A stretch of 64,000 nucleotides of DNA. Source: an uncultured Pelagibacteraceae bacterium (GTDB lineage Bacteria > Pseudomonadota > Alphaproteobacteria > Pelagibacterales > Pelagibacteraceae). The notes under the pieces were generated by a model. That model saw only the letters and a program-made list of their open reading frames with translations, did not search any database and had not been told where the DNA came from. The stretch spans positions 12,294 through 76,293 of the forward strand of contig CACIFV010000003.1 of the NCBI GenBank assembly GCA_902586025.1. Direction: 5' to 3'. The translations under genes and the position numbers were made by a program. Positions 10,393 through 19,239 of the stretch are shown one piece after another (position 1 is the first letter of the stretch; each line of letters starts with the position of its first letter).

Positions 10393-11444
10393 GGAAAAAT
10401 GTTAGTAAAATATATTCTTGGTGCTCAGACATGTATGTTAATACCGGTGAAGGTGTATTAGCACTTGCTTTCTTATATCACTTATCAAAAAGTTTAAATT
10501 CTAAAATAATTTGTGAAACTATTGAGGGAAAAAAGAGTTTTTACTTTAAAAAAAAAAATAATTATAAAGCAAAAAAACATTATTTAACATTTCTAGAAAA
10601 ATATTACACACCTTTTAAAGGAATATACTTAATTTGGAAATATCATTTGAAAGGATATGACACTTGTTACATTAATTTTTTACCATTATGGAATTTTTTT
10701 GTTTTTCTTTTACTTCCTAAGAAAACAATTTTAGGTCCAATCACAGGGACAACTTTAATAAAAAAAAATATTACAATATCTTACATTATAAGAAAATTTT
10801 TATTTCCAATATTTTATAAAATAAGCATATTTATTATGTTTAACAAGTGGAATAAATTTATTTTTTCAACTGACTTGTTAAAAAATAAAATACCAAAAAT
10901 ACACTTAAGAAATGTCTTTTTTAATTTCCAATTAACAAGAATTAAATTTAAAAAAATTAAAAAGAAAAAAATTGATTTTTTAGTTTATTATAGAAAGCAT
11001 GCCAACAAGTATGATACCCAAACGATAAGTATGATTAAAAAATTATCATACAGTTTCAAAATATATGTTGTGGGTGATTTTTTAAATATAAGTAATATTA
11101 AAAATCTTGGTTATATTGATAATAATAAACTTAGAGATTTATTATCGATATCTAAGATGACAGTATCTAGCTCAGAAAATTTATACTCAAATTTTAATAT
11201 AGACTGTATTAATAACAACATGAAAATTTTATATTTAAACAAAAAAAAAAATAATAAAATTCTAAAAAGTTCAATTTTTCATCAAATCTTTTATTCTGAT
11301 TTGCAGACAAATGTTTTAAAGTTCAACTTGAAAATAAAAAAAATTATAAATAAAAAAATTTATTTAGCCAATGAATTAAAATATTTAAATAATGTTAAAA
11401 CAGAATTTAAAAATTTTTTTGTAGAAGTTTTGAAATTACATTAA
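10389..11444 (+). CDS. Hypothetical protein, possibly a divergent GT-B glycosyltransferase
   Basis: 351-aa ORF overlapping the upstream gene; TGEGVLA, ILGPITG, NLGYID...SSSENLYS pattern. Confidence 0.45.
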   Translation: MRKNVSKIYSWCSDMYVNTGEGVLALAFLYHLSKSLNSKIICETIEGKKSFYFKKKNNYKAKKHYLTFLEKYYTPFKGIYLIWKYHLKGYDTCYINFLPLWNFFVFLLLPKKTILGPITGTTLIKKNITISYIIRKFLFPIFYKISIFIMFNKWNKFIFSTDLLKNKIPKIHLRNVFFNFQLTRIKFKKIKKKKIDFLVYYRKHANKYDTQTISMIKKLSYSFKIYVVGDFLNISNIKNLGYIDNNKLRDLLSISKMTVSSSENLYSNFNIDCINNNMKILYLNKKKNNKILKSSIFHQIFYSDLQTNVLKFNLKIKKIINKKIYLANELKYLNNVKTEFKNFFVEVLKLH

Positions 11445-11452
11445 TTAATATA

Positions 11453-12679
11453 ATGAAAATTATACATTTAAATTATTCTGATCTACAAGGTGGTGCTTCA
11501 ATTGCCTCTTATAGGTTACACAAATCTTTAAAAAAAAAAAAAATTAACTCAAAAATGGTAGTTGCAAAAAAACTATCCAACGATAATTCTGTTTATTCTT
11601 TTAAAAATAATTTAGAAAAATTTATTTTTAATTTAAAAAAAAATTTATCAAGATTTTTTTCGAAAACTTTAGAGTTGAATAGTAATAATAATTATTCAGT
11701 GTCCTTTTTTAATTCAAAACTTTTCAAGGTAGTAAAAAGTTTAGATCCGGACATAGTAAATTTACATTGGATATGTAACGAAACAATTTCAATCAATGAA
11801 GTAAAAAAATTAAAAAAAAAAATAGTTTGGACACTAACTGATATGTGGCCTTTTCTAGCAATTGAGCACATAAGTTATAATTTTAATAAAAAAGATTATT
11901 GGAATGATAAAAAAATTCTGAACTCAAACAAACTTAGTTTGAAACATTTAATTTTAAAAAGTAAAATAAATAAATTTAATTTTAACTTTAAAGTTGTTGC
12001 TATAAGTGCTTGGTTAGCTAATCAAGCAAAAAAAAGTATTTTATTTAAAGATAAAGATATTATTGTTATACCTTGTTGCCTTGATTTTGATGAATGGTCT
12101 CCAGTAAATAAAATTGATGTTAGAAAGAAGTTTAAATTAGGTTTAAATAAAAAAATTATTTTGTTTGTTAGTTCAGGAAATACCAATGATAAAAAGAAAG
12201 GATTTGAAATACTTTTAAATGCATTTAAAAAGATTCAAAATAAATCTAACTATCATTTAATAATACTTGGAAAATTAGATGATAATCATAAAAAAGAGCT
12301 ATCAGTTTCTTATACTCAGTTTAATAATTTTTACTATGGCAAACCCTCTTTTTTGAAAGAAATTTATTCTGCAGTTGATTTACTTGCTGCACCAAGTTTA
12401 GTTGAATCTTTTGGTCAAGTATCACTTGAAGCAGCTTCTTGCAACGTTCCAACTATTGCTTTTAAAGATACTGGCTTGACTGAAATTGTTGTTCATAAAA
12501 AAAATGGGTATCTTGCAAATTATAAAAATATAAGCGATTTTGCAAAGGGCCTTGAATGGTGTTTTGAAAAAAAAAATTATAAAAAATTATCTCTAAATTC
12601 AAGACCAATGGCTAAAAGTAAGTTTTCATACAATATAATATCGAAGCAATATTTAGATTTTTATAAAACTTTACAATGA
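11453..12679 (+). CDS. Glycosyltransferase family 4 (WcaC-like), paralog of 8448-9683
   Basis: SDLQGGASIAS, VNLHW, WTLTDMWP, ESFGQVSLEAASC. Confidence 0.85.
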   Translation: MKIIHLNYSDLQGGASIASYRLHKSLKKKKINSKMVVAKKLSNDNSVYSFKNNLEKFIFNLKKNLSRFFSKTLELNSNNNYSVSFFNSKLFKVVKSLDPDIVNLHWICNETISINEVKKLKKKIVWTLTDMWPFLAIEHISYNFNKKDYWNDKKILNSNKLSLKHLILKSKINKFNFNFKVVAISAWLANQAKKSILFKDKDIIVIPCCLDFDEWSPVNKIDVRKKFKLGLNKKIILFVSSGNTNDKKKGFEILLNAFKKIQNKSNYHLIILGKLDDNHKKELSVSYTQFNNFYYGKPSFLKEIYSAVDLLAAPSLVESFGQVSLEAASCNVPTIAFKDTGLTEIVVHKKNGYLANYKNISDFAKGLEWCFEKKNYKKLSLNSRPMAKSKFSYNIISKQYLDFYKTLQ

Positions 12680-13398
12680 AAATAACAGCTAAAAATTTTA
12701 AAAAGAAAATTACTCCAATAATATTATGTGGTGGAAAGGGTGAAAGATTAAAACCTCTTACAATTAAAACACCAAAACCATTATTAAAAATAAATGGAAA
12801 TGAAATTCTATCTTATATAATTAAACATTTATTATTTTATAAATTGGAAAATATTTTAGTTTTAAGTGGATATAAAAAATACAAAATTAAAGAATTCCTT
12901 CAAAAAAATTTTAAAAATAAAACTTCATATTTAGATACAGGTTTAAATAGAGATATCTTACAAAGAATTAAAATAGCTGAAAAGCACTGCCTAGAATATA
13001 TTTTAATTTGCTATGGTGATACTTTGGTAAACTTAGATGTAAATAAGCTCATAAAATTTCATTTAATAAACAAAGCAGATTTATCATTATCAGTTTACAA
13101 TCAAAAAATTTCTTTTGGTGTTGTTAATATAGATGAAAGTAACAATATTAAATCTTTTAAAGAGAAACCTAATTTGGAAAATTGGATAAATATTGGCTTT
13201 ATTCTCGTTAAAAAAAAAAAATTTTTCAATATTTCTAAAAAATACAAAACTTTTAAGTCATTTCTTGAAAACTTAAATAGGATGGGAAATATTAAAGCTT
13301 TTAGACATAATAAAAATCATATAACTATAAATACTCTGACCGAACTAGACAACGCAAAAAAAAATATTAAGTTTTTTGAATTTATAAATGAAAAATAA
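12676..13398 (+). CDS. Sugar-1-phosphate nucleotidyltransferase (RfbF-like)
   Basis: ILCGGKGERL..PKPL, CYGDTL, FKEKP, WINIG; upstream of an RfbG-like gene. Confidence 0.8.
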   Translation: MKITAKNFKKKITPIILCGGKGERLKPLTIKTPKPLLKINGNEILSYIIKHLLFYKLENILVLSGYKKYKIKEFLQKNFKNKTSYLDTGLNRDILQRIKIAEKHCLEYILICYGDTLVNLDVNKLIKFHLINKADLSLSVYNQKISFGVVNIDESNNIKSFKEKPNLENWINIGFILVKKKKFFNISKKYKTFKSFLENLNRMGNIKAFRHNKNHITINTLTELDNAKKNIKFFEFINEK

Positions 13399-14395
13399 CT
13401 TTTGGAAAAATAGAAAAATTTTTATCACAGGTATTGATGGATTTGTTGGATCAAATTTAGCAAAAGCTTTAATTCAAAATGGTTCAAAAGTATATGGCTT
13501 GGTAAAAGATAAAAAAAAAGAAAGTTTACTTAAATACGAAAAGCTAATTAATAAATGTAAAATATATAAGGGTGATATTAAAGATAAAAAGATTTTGAGT
13601 AATATTATAAAAAAAAATAAAGTAGAAGTTTGCTTCCACTTAGCAGCCCAACCTGAAGTTGGAATAGCAAATAAAGACCCTTATAATACGTGGGAAACTA
13701 ATATTAAAGGCACTTATAATTTGTTAGAGACAATAAGAGATAATAAAAAACATATAAAATCAATTATCATTGCATCTTCTGATAAAGCTTATGGCGATTA
13801 CCCCAAAAAAGATCTACCTTATAGAGAGGATTATCATTTAAAACCGAGATATCCATATGATGTCTCAAAGGCATGTGCTGATATGATATCAAAGGCATAT
13901 ACAACCGAATTATTTAATCTTCCTATAATCATCACAAGATTTTCAAATATATATGGTCCTGGTCAATTAAATTTTAGTACAATTTTTCCTGATGCAATCA
14001 GGTGCATAATAAAAAATAAAAAATTCATCCCTAGAAGTGACGGTAAAGACTTTAGAGACTTTATATTTATAAAAGACATTGTAGATGTCTATTTGCTTCT
14101 TGCAAGAAAACTCTATTTTAAACCATCTTTATCAGGAGAGGTCTTTAATGCAGGTAATAACAAGCCCATAACAGTTAAGAACTTGCTGCAAAAAATATAT
14201 TTTCACCAAAATAAAAAAACTGAGTATTTAGAAATAGTAAAATTAATGAAAAACAAAAACACTACTGGGGAGATTAAATTTCAGTCAATGAATTACAGAA
14301 AATTAAATAAATTTTTTAGATGGAAACCTAAATATAACATCGAAAAATCTTTAAATATTACATTCGCTTGGTACCGTAAATATTTAAATAAATGA
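13388..14395 (+). CDS. NDP-sugar 4,6-dehydratase (CDP-glucose 4,6-dehydratase RfbG-like)
   Basis: FWKNRKIFITGIDGFVG, HLAAQPEV, ASSDKAYG, PYDVSKA, RFSNIYGPG. Confidence 0.8.
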   Translation: MKNNFWKNRKIFITGIDGFVGSNLAKALIQNGSKVYGLVKDKKKESLLKYEKLINKCKIYKGDIKDKKILSNIIKKNKVEVCFHLAAQPEVGIANKDPYNTWETNIKGTYNLLETIRDNKKHIKSIIIASSDKAYGDYPKKDLPYREDYHLKPRYPYDVSKACADMISKAYTTELFNLPIIITRFSNIYGPGQLNFSTIFPDAIRCIIKNKKFIPRSDGKDFRDFIFIKDIVDVYLLLARKLYFKPSLSGEVFNAGNNKPITVKNLLQKIYFHQNKKTEYLEIVKLMKNKNTTGEIKFQSMNYRKLNKFFRWKPKYNIEKSLNITFAWYRKYLNK

Positions 14396-14401
14396 TCAAT
14401 A

Positions 14402-16201
14402 ATGATACTAAATTTTTTTTTATTTCCATTATTTGTTTTTTTATTTTTTTCAATAGGTAATTTTTTATGCTTCATTATTTCAAAATTTTATTTAAAAAAA
14501 AAAATTTTTAGAAACTATTTTTTTTTTGAAAAAATTTTATATTCATTATTTTTTATTTCATTTTATGTACTAGTTTTTAATTTTGTTACATATTTAAACA
14601 ATTTAGTAATTTATTTAATATTATTAATAATTTTAATTATGTCATTATTCTATATTTCAAAAAGTGATTTAATAAGTTTCAAAAATAATTTATTTGTTAT
14701 TTTCGCCATCTCTTTGATCTCAGTTATAATGCAACCTGGATATGATGCAGGTCTCTATCATATCCCTTATCAGACTTGGATAAAAAATTATAAAATATTA
14801 CTGGGATTTTCAGAATTAAATCTAAGATTTTCTTTAGGTTCAATTTACAATTATACTTCAGTGTTATTTTGGAATAATAATATATTTTTATTTGTTACTT
14901 ATTTAACCTCATTATTTTATCTAATATTTTTTTTATTTATAAAAGAATATTTAAATTCTAGTAATAAAAAAATTACTTATGGAATACTTCTAATAGTAAC
15001 CATACCGTTGTGGGAAAGATATATATATCCTAGTTATTCGCTTGTAGATGCGCAGTTTGGAATAATATCGTTAATAACTTTGTCTTTAATTTTTTTTAAC
15101 TTACGAAATTGGCATAACGGCAAAATTGATCTTAAAGATATATTTTTAATTTCTATTTTACTTTCTTTCATATTTACATTGAAATCTTCAGGAATTTTAT
15201 TTTTACCTTTAGCACTATACCTATTTTTTTTAATCACTTTTAAAATTAAAGATAAAAAACATCTATATTTACCTTATATAATTCTTCTAGTTTTTTTAGC
15301 CTTTTGGATGTTGAGAGGATTTATAATCTCTGGATGTTTCTTTTATCCTATCGGTGTTACATGTCTTCCTGTTGATTGGTTTAATTATGAAAATTTAAAA
15401 TATATAAATAATGAGATCAGTTTATACGCTTATCAACCATTTAAAATTATAAATTTTAATGTTTTAATTTCTGAAAATATGATTGCTATATTAATTTTTT
15501 TAATAATCTCAATTATTATCACATATTTATTTATAAAATATCTTTTAAAATATCAAAATAGTAAAATTAATAATATTTTATTTCTACTTTTTGTTTTGAT
15601 TTATACTTTTGTGGTTTTTAAAATTGGAGATTTACGTGGGTTTTCACGATTAGTTGAGGCTAATGATATAATATTTGTTAAAAAAATTATAATTAACGAA
15701 ATTTTATTTTTTACAATTATATTAACTTCAGCTTTTTTTATAATACTCATAAAATTTAAACATCTTATTTTAAAAATTAATTTAAGGACATTTTTATTAA
15801 TTGAAACCCGAATATTTTATTTCTTATTGTTTCTGATTTCTATTTGGATATTGAAAGCTCCTCAGCCCAGATTTGGCTTTGGATTTATACCATTGCTATT
15901 ACCAATGTTTTATTTGATTTTTTTTGAAATAAAAAATAAAAAGATCGATATAAAACTACAAAATTCCTTAAAGTTTGCTTTAATTGTTTTTGCACTTTAT
16001 ATCCCTGTGGTTAATATAGATAAAGATACTAAATTTATTTATGATCTTAAAAAAATTAATTATCAAAAAATAGAAAAGAGAAACAAATTTGGCAGTAGAC
16101 CGCTATTTCAAAATTTGTGTTGGAATTCCAAAAATTGTTATATTGGTGAAGATAAAATAATTATTAAAAAAAATAATTTTTTAAAAGTTCTTGAAAATTA
16201 A
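14402..16201 (+). CDS. Polytopic membrane protein, LIC_10190-like (probable GT-C fold)
   Basis: Many transmembrane segments; YDAGLYHIPY, RFSLGS, SGCFFYP..C..W and APQPRFG motifs shared with 22473-24113. Confidence 0.6.
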   Translation: MILNFFLFPLFVFLFFSIGNFLCFIISKFYLKKKIFRNYFFFEKILYSLFFISFYVLVFNFVTYLNNLVIYLILLIILIMSLFYISKSDLISFKNNLFVIFAISLISVIMQPGYDAGLYHIPYQTWIKNYKILLGFSELNLRFSLGSIYNYTSVLFWNNNIFLFVTYLTSLFYLIFFLFIKEYLNSSNKKITYGILLIVTIPLWERYIYPSYSLVDAQFGIISLITLSLIFFNLRNWHNGKIDLKDIFLISILLSFIFTLKSSGILFLPLALYLFFLITFKIKDKKHLYLPYIILLVFLAFWMLRGFIISGCFFYPIGVTCLPVDWFNYENLKYINNEISLYAYQPFKIINFNVLISENMIAILIFLIISIIITYLFIKYLLKYQNSKINNILFLLFVLIYTFVVFKIGDLRGFSRLVEANDIIFVKKIIINEILFFTIILTSAFFIILIKFKHLILKINLRTFLLIETRIFYFLLFLISIWILKAPQPRFGFGFIPLLLPMFYLIFFEIKNKKIDIKLQNSLKFALIVFALYIPVVNIDKDTKFIYDLKKINYQKIEKRNKFGSRPLFQNLCWNSKNCYIGEDKIIIKKNNFLKVLEN

Positions 16202-16204
16202 ATT

Positions 16205-17197
16205 ATGAAAAAAAATGTACTTAATTCGGTACTTCTGATTTTATTAATGTGTGTATGTTTAGAGATATTTCTTCAAATAAGCAAACCCACAGTCTATGAA
16301 TTTTCAAAAAAATTAGGCTGGGAGACAAAAAAAAATTATATTAGGAAATTTAAATTTAAAGATTTTTATAATAATAAATATGATGGCATTTATGAAACTG
16401 ATAAATTTGGATCAAGAAAGATTGGAGATTTAAATGCAAGAAAAAAAATTTTAGTCGTAGGAGATTCGTTTACGATGGACCCACATACTGGCAATCAAGA
16501 AACTTGGTTTTCTGTTTTACGAGATGGATTAGAAAGTATTTATGATGAAACTTTTACTGTCTCAGCAATAGGTGGTGGAGGATATGGCACTAATCAACAA
16601 TATTTAATCAGTAAAGAATTTTTAGAAAAAAGTAATTACGAACCTGATTTGGTAATTCTTCAGTTTTGTGTAAATGATTTCATGAATAATTCATTTAATT
16701 GGGAGACAAATACTGAAAACTACTCACAATTTTTGAGAAGACCATTTTATGTAAACAACAATCATTTTATTTATAAAGATAATATTCTTGGTAAATTTAT
16801 GAGAACTGAGTTGGCCTCAAAACTAAAACTTCCAAATTACTTTTTTTTGATATATGCAATATTTGAAAGAAAATATTTTGAGAGTATTATAAGTAAACAT
16901 ACACTTCAAGAATCTACTGAAATAACATTAAAACTATTAATTAAATTTAAAAATTTATTTAAAACCGAAGTTTACGCATTTAATTGTAAGGATTCTGATT
17001 TTTTTCCAGAGAACCAATGGGGAAAAGTACTGAAAAATGCAGGTTTTAAAGTTTTATTGACACCATCTTTAAAAATGAAAAAAATATCAAACAATCAAGA
17101 GATTTTTTTTAAAGATGGTGGGCATTATAATAAATTGGGAAATAAACTACTTGGCCAATTTGTTTTAAATGAATTAATTGAGCAAAATTTATTTTAA
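16205..17197 (+). CDS. Membrane-anchored SGNH/GDSL family protein (AlgJ/AlgX/SxtL-like)
   Basis: N-terminal TM helix; GDSFT, GGYGTNQ, FCVNDF and DGGH catalytic blocks. Confidence 0.8.
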   Translation: MKKNVLNSVLLILLMCVCLEIFLQISKPTVYEFSKKLGWETKKNYIRKFKFKDFYNNKYDGIYETDKFGSRKIGDLNARKKILVVGDSFTMDPHTGNQETWFSVLRDGLESIYDETFTVSAIGGGGYGTNQQYLISKEFLEKSNYEPDLVILQFCVNDFMNNSFNWETNTENYSQFLRRPFYVNNNHFIYKDNILGKFMRTELASKLKLPNYFFLIYAIFERKYFESIISKHTLQESTEITLKLLIKFKNLFKTEVYAFNCKDSDFFPENQWGKVLKNAGFKVLLTPSLKMKKISNNQEIFFKDGGHYNKLGNKLLGQFVLNELIEQNLF

Positions 17198-18517
17198 TAT
17201 TGGCTTATTATTTTTCGAATTAATTAGAAATTTGCATAGTACGATTGGAATACAATAGAAAATAGTATTGTAATTGTTGAAAAAACTACCACTTGTAGTT
17301 AGAGGCCATAAAATTATAACAAAACTTATCAAACAAATAATAATCGATGTGTTAGTATTATCTAAACTATTTTTATTACCCTCTTTATAAAAATATTTTA
17401 TATATTTTATTACTCTATAAAAAATAAATAAGTAAATAATAAAACCTAGAAAACCTGTTTCAGATAATATTTGTAATACTATATTATGTGGGTGGCTTGT
17501 ACATTTTACATTATCAATATTTATTATTTCAGTCTTAAAGCATTGATTTCTAAATCCTTTAATACCAGAACCAAGTATCGGATATTTTTTAAATATAATT
17601 AGAGCAGCTTTAAAATGTCCTTCATAGTCTTTAGATATAAAAGTAGTTCTGTTATCGTTGTATTCACCTTTTATATTATCTAATGTGGTATTAACTACCC
17701 TTTCTTTAACAATCGGATCATTTAGAATAACAACTGATGTAATAATTATAAACGCAGTTCCTATATAAAATATAATTTTTCTTAACTGTTTAACTAATAT
17801 AAATATTAAAAAAATCTCAAAACTAAAAAGTATTATGGGAGCCCTATCACCTGAAATAACCATTGATACAATTATTGTTAGTGAAACTAAAAATATAAAT
17901 AATAAATTTTTCAAATTAAGCTTTTTATCTTTGTTTAAATAAATATAGCTAGCTAAAAAAATTGGAAAGAGTTTCAAAAGATAACTTCCTAAAATTTTTT
18001 CGTCCCCAAAAATACCCGCAATTCTTTGACTTGTTGTATTTTTAATTGTTATTATTTCATCTAAATTTTGAATATTACCCATTCTTGTATAATATTCTAA
18101 CCTGATAGATATAAATTCTACTATACCTGAAGCACAAACAATTATAATTGAAATTAAAGTAATTTTAAATAAGTCATTAATTATTTTATTTTCTTTACTA
18201 ATTAAAAACGAAATTACTAAAATAAAAAATAAAAATCTGAAATAAAATAAAAATGATTTAAGAGAAAAAAAAAAATAATCAAAATTGAATGAGTTAAATA
18301 AAGTAGAAAAATAAAATAAAGCAAAAATAATAATGTATTGATTTTTCAAGTGATTTTTAAATTCTTTAAAATTCAGCAAAAAATAAATCGCAACAATGCT
18401 AACTGCTAAATCGCTCAAAAAAGGACCCGAAATCAGTAGGAGTGGTAAAAATACAAATAATAATGCAATAACTTTTTGATTAAACTTGAGTTTATGGCTA
18501 TTAGTTAATAAAAACAT
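17189..18517 (-). CDS. O-antigen ligase/Wzy_C family membrane protein
   Basis: Polytopic; ISGDRAP, GSGIKGFR, HPHNIVLQILSETGFLG. Confidence 0.8.
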   Translation of the reverse strand: MFLLTNSHKLKFNQKVIALLFVFLPLLLISGPFLSDLAVSIVAIYFLLNFKEFKNHLKNQYIIIFALFYFSTLFNSFNFDYFFFSLKSFLFYFRFLFFILVISFLISKENKIINDLFKITLISIIIVCASGIVEFISIRLEYYTRMGNIQNLDEIITIKNTTSQRIAGIFGDEKILGSYLLKLFPIFLASYIYLNKDKKLNLKNLLFIFLVSLTIIVSMVISGDRAPIILFSFEIFLIFILVKQLRKIIFYIGTAFIIITSVVILNDPIVKERVVNTTLDNIKGEYNDNRTTFISKDYEGHFKAALIIFKKYPILGSGIKGFRNQCFKTEIINIDNVKCTSHPHNIVLQILSETGFLGFIIYLFIFYRVIKYIKYFYKEGNKNSLDNTNTSIIICLISFVIILWPLTTSGSFFNNYNTIFYCIPIVLCKFLINSKNNKPILK

Positions 18518-18543
18518 TTTTTTAATTTATATACTTAATTTAA

Positions 18544-19239
18544 ATGAATATTTTTGCATCTGTCTTGATAGCTGTTTATAACGAAAAATCATCAATTTTA
18601 AATATTTTAAAAAAACTTCAACTAGTATTTCAAGATAGAGGTATGTATGAAATAATTGTGATTAACGACTGTTCCAATGATGGAACTAGGGAAATTTTAG
18701 AGAGTAATACTAATCTGTATAATAAATTGATAAATAATGATGCTAATATGGGAAAAGGTGCATGTATTAAAAAAGGATTAGAAAATTCAAAAGGTAAATA
18801 TATATTTTTTCAAGATGCAGATAATGAATATGATCCAAAAGATTTTATTAGATTTTTTGATGTTATAGATAACTTTGATCCAGACTTAATTATAGGTTCA
18901 AGGTTTAAGTTTCCTAATTATATAAGATCACATTATTTTATTAATAAGTTGGCAAATTTTATTTTAACAAACTTTTTTAATATTTTATACAATACAACTT
19001 TTACAGATATATACTCTTGCTATGCTGTATTTAAAAAAAATTTGATTGTTCCATCTGAATTAAAAACTGAAGGATTTGAACAACACGCAGAAATATTATG
19101 TAAAATTACAAAAAAGGCTACAAAATTATATGAAGTTCCAATAAATTATAATGGAAGAACATATGAACAAGGAAAAAAAATTAAATATTCGGATTTTTTT
19201 AAAGTTGTTTATCAAATATTGAAGATGAGGTTTTTTTGA
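18544..19239 (+). CDS. Polyprenol-phosphate glycosyltransferase (GT2, DPM1/GtrB-like)
   Basis: YNE, NDCSNDGT, NMGKGA, QDADNEYDP, GSRF, EVPINYNGR..GKKI. Confidence 0.85.
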   Translation: MNIFASVLIAVYNEKSSILNILKKLQLVFQDRGMYEIIVINDCSNDGTREILESNTNLYNKLINNDANMGKGACIKKGLENSKGKYIFFQDADNEYDPKDFIRFFDVIDNFDPDLIIGSRFKFPNYIRSHYFINKLANFILTNFFNILYNTTFTDIYSCYAVFKKNLIVPSELKTEGFEQHAEILCKITKKATKLYEVPINYNGRTYEQGKKIKYSDFFKVVYQILKMRFF

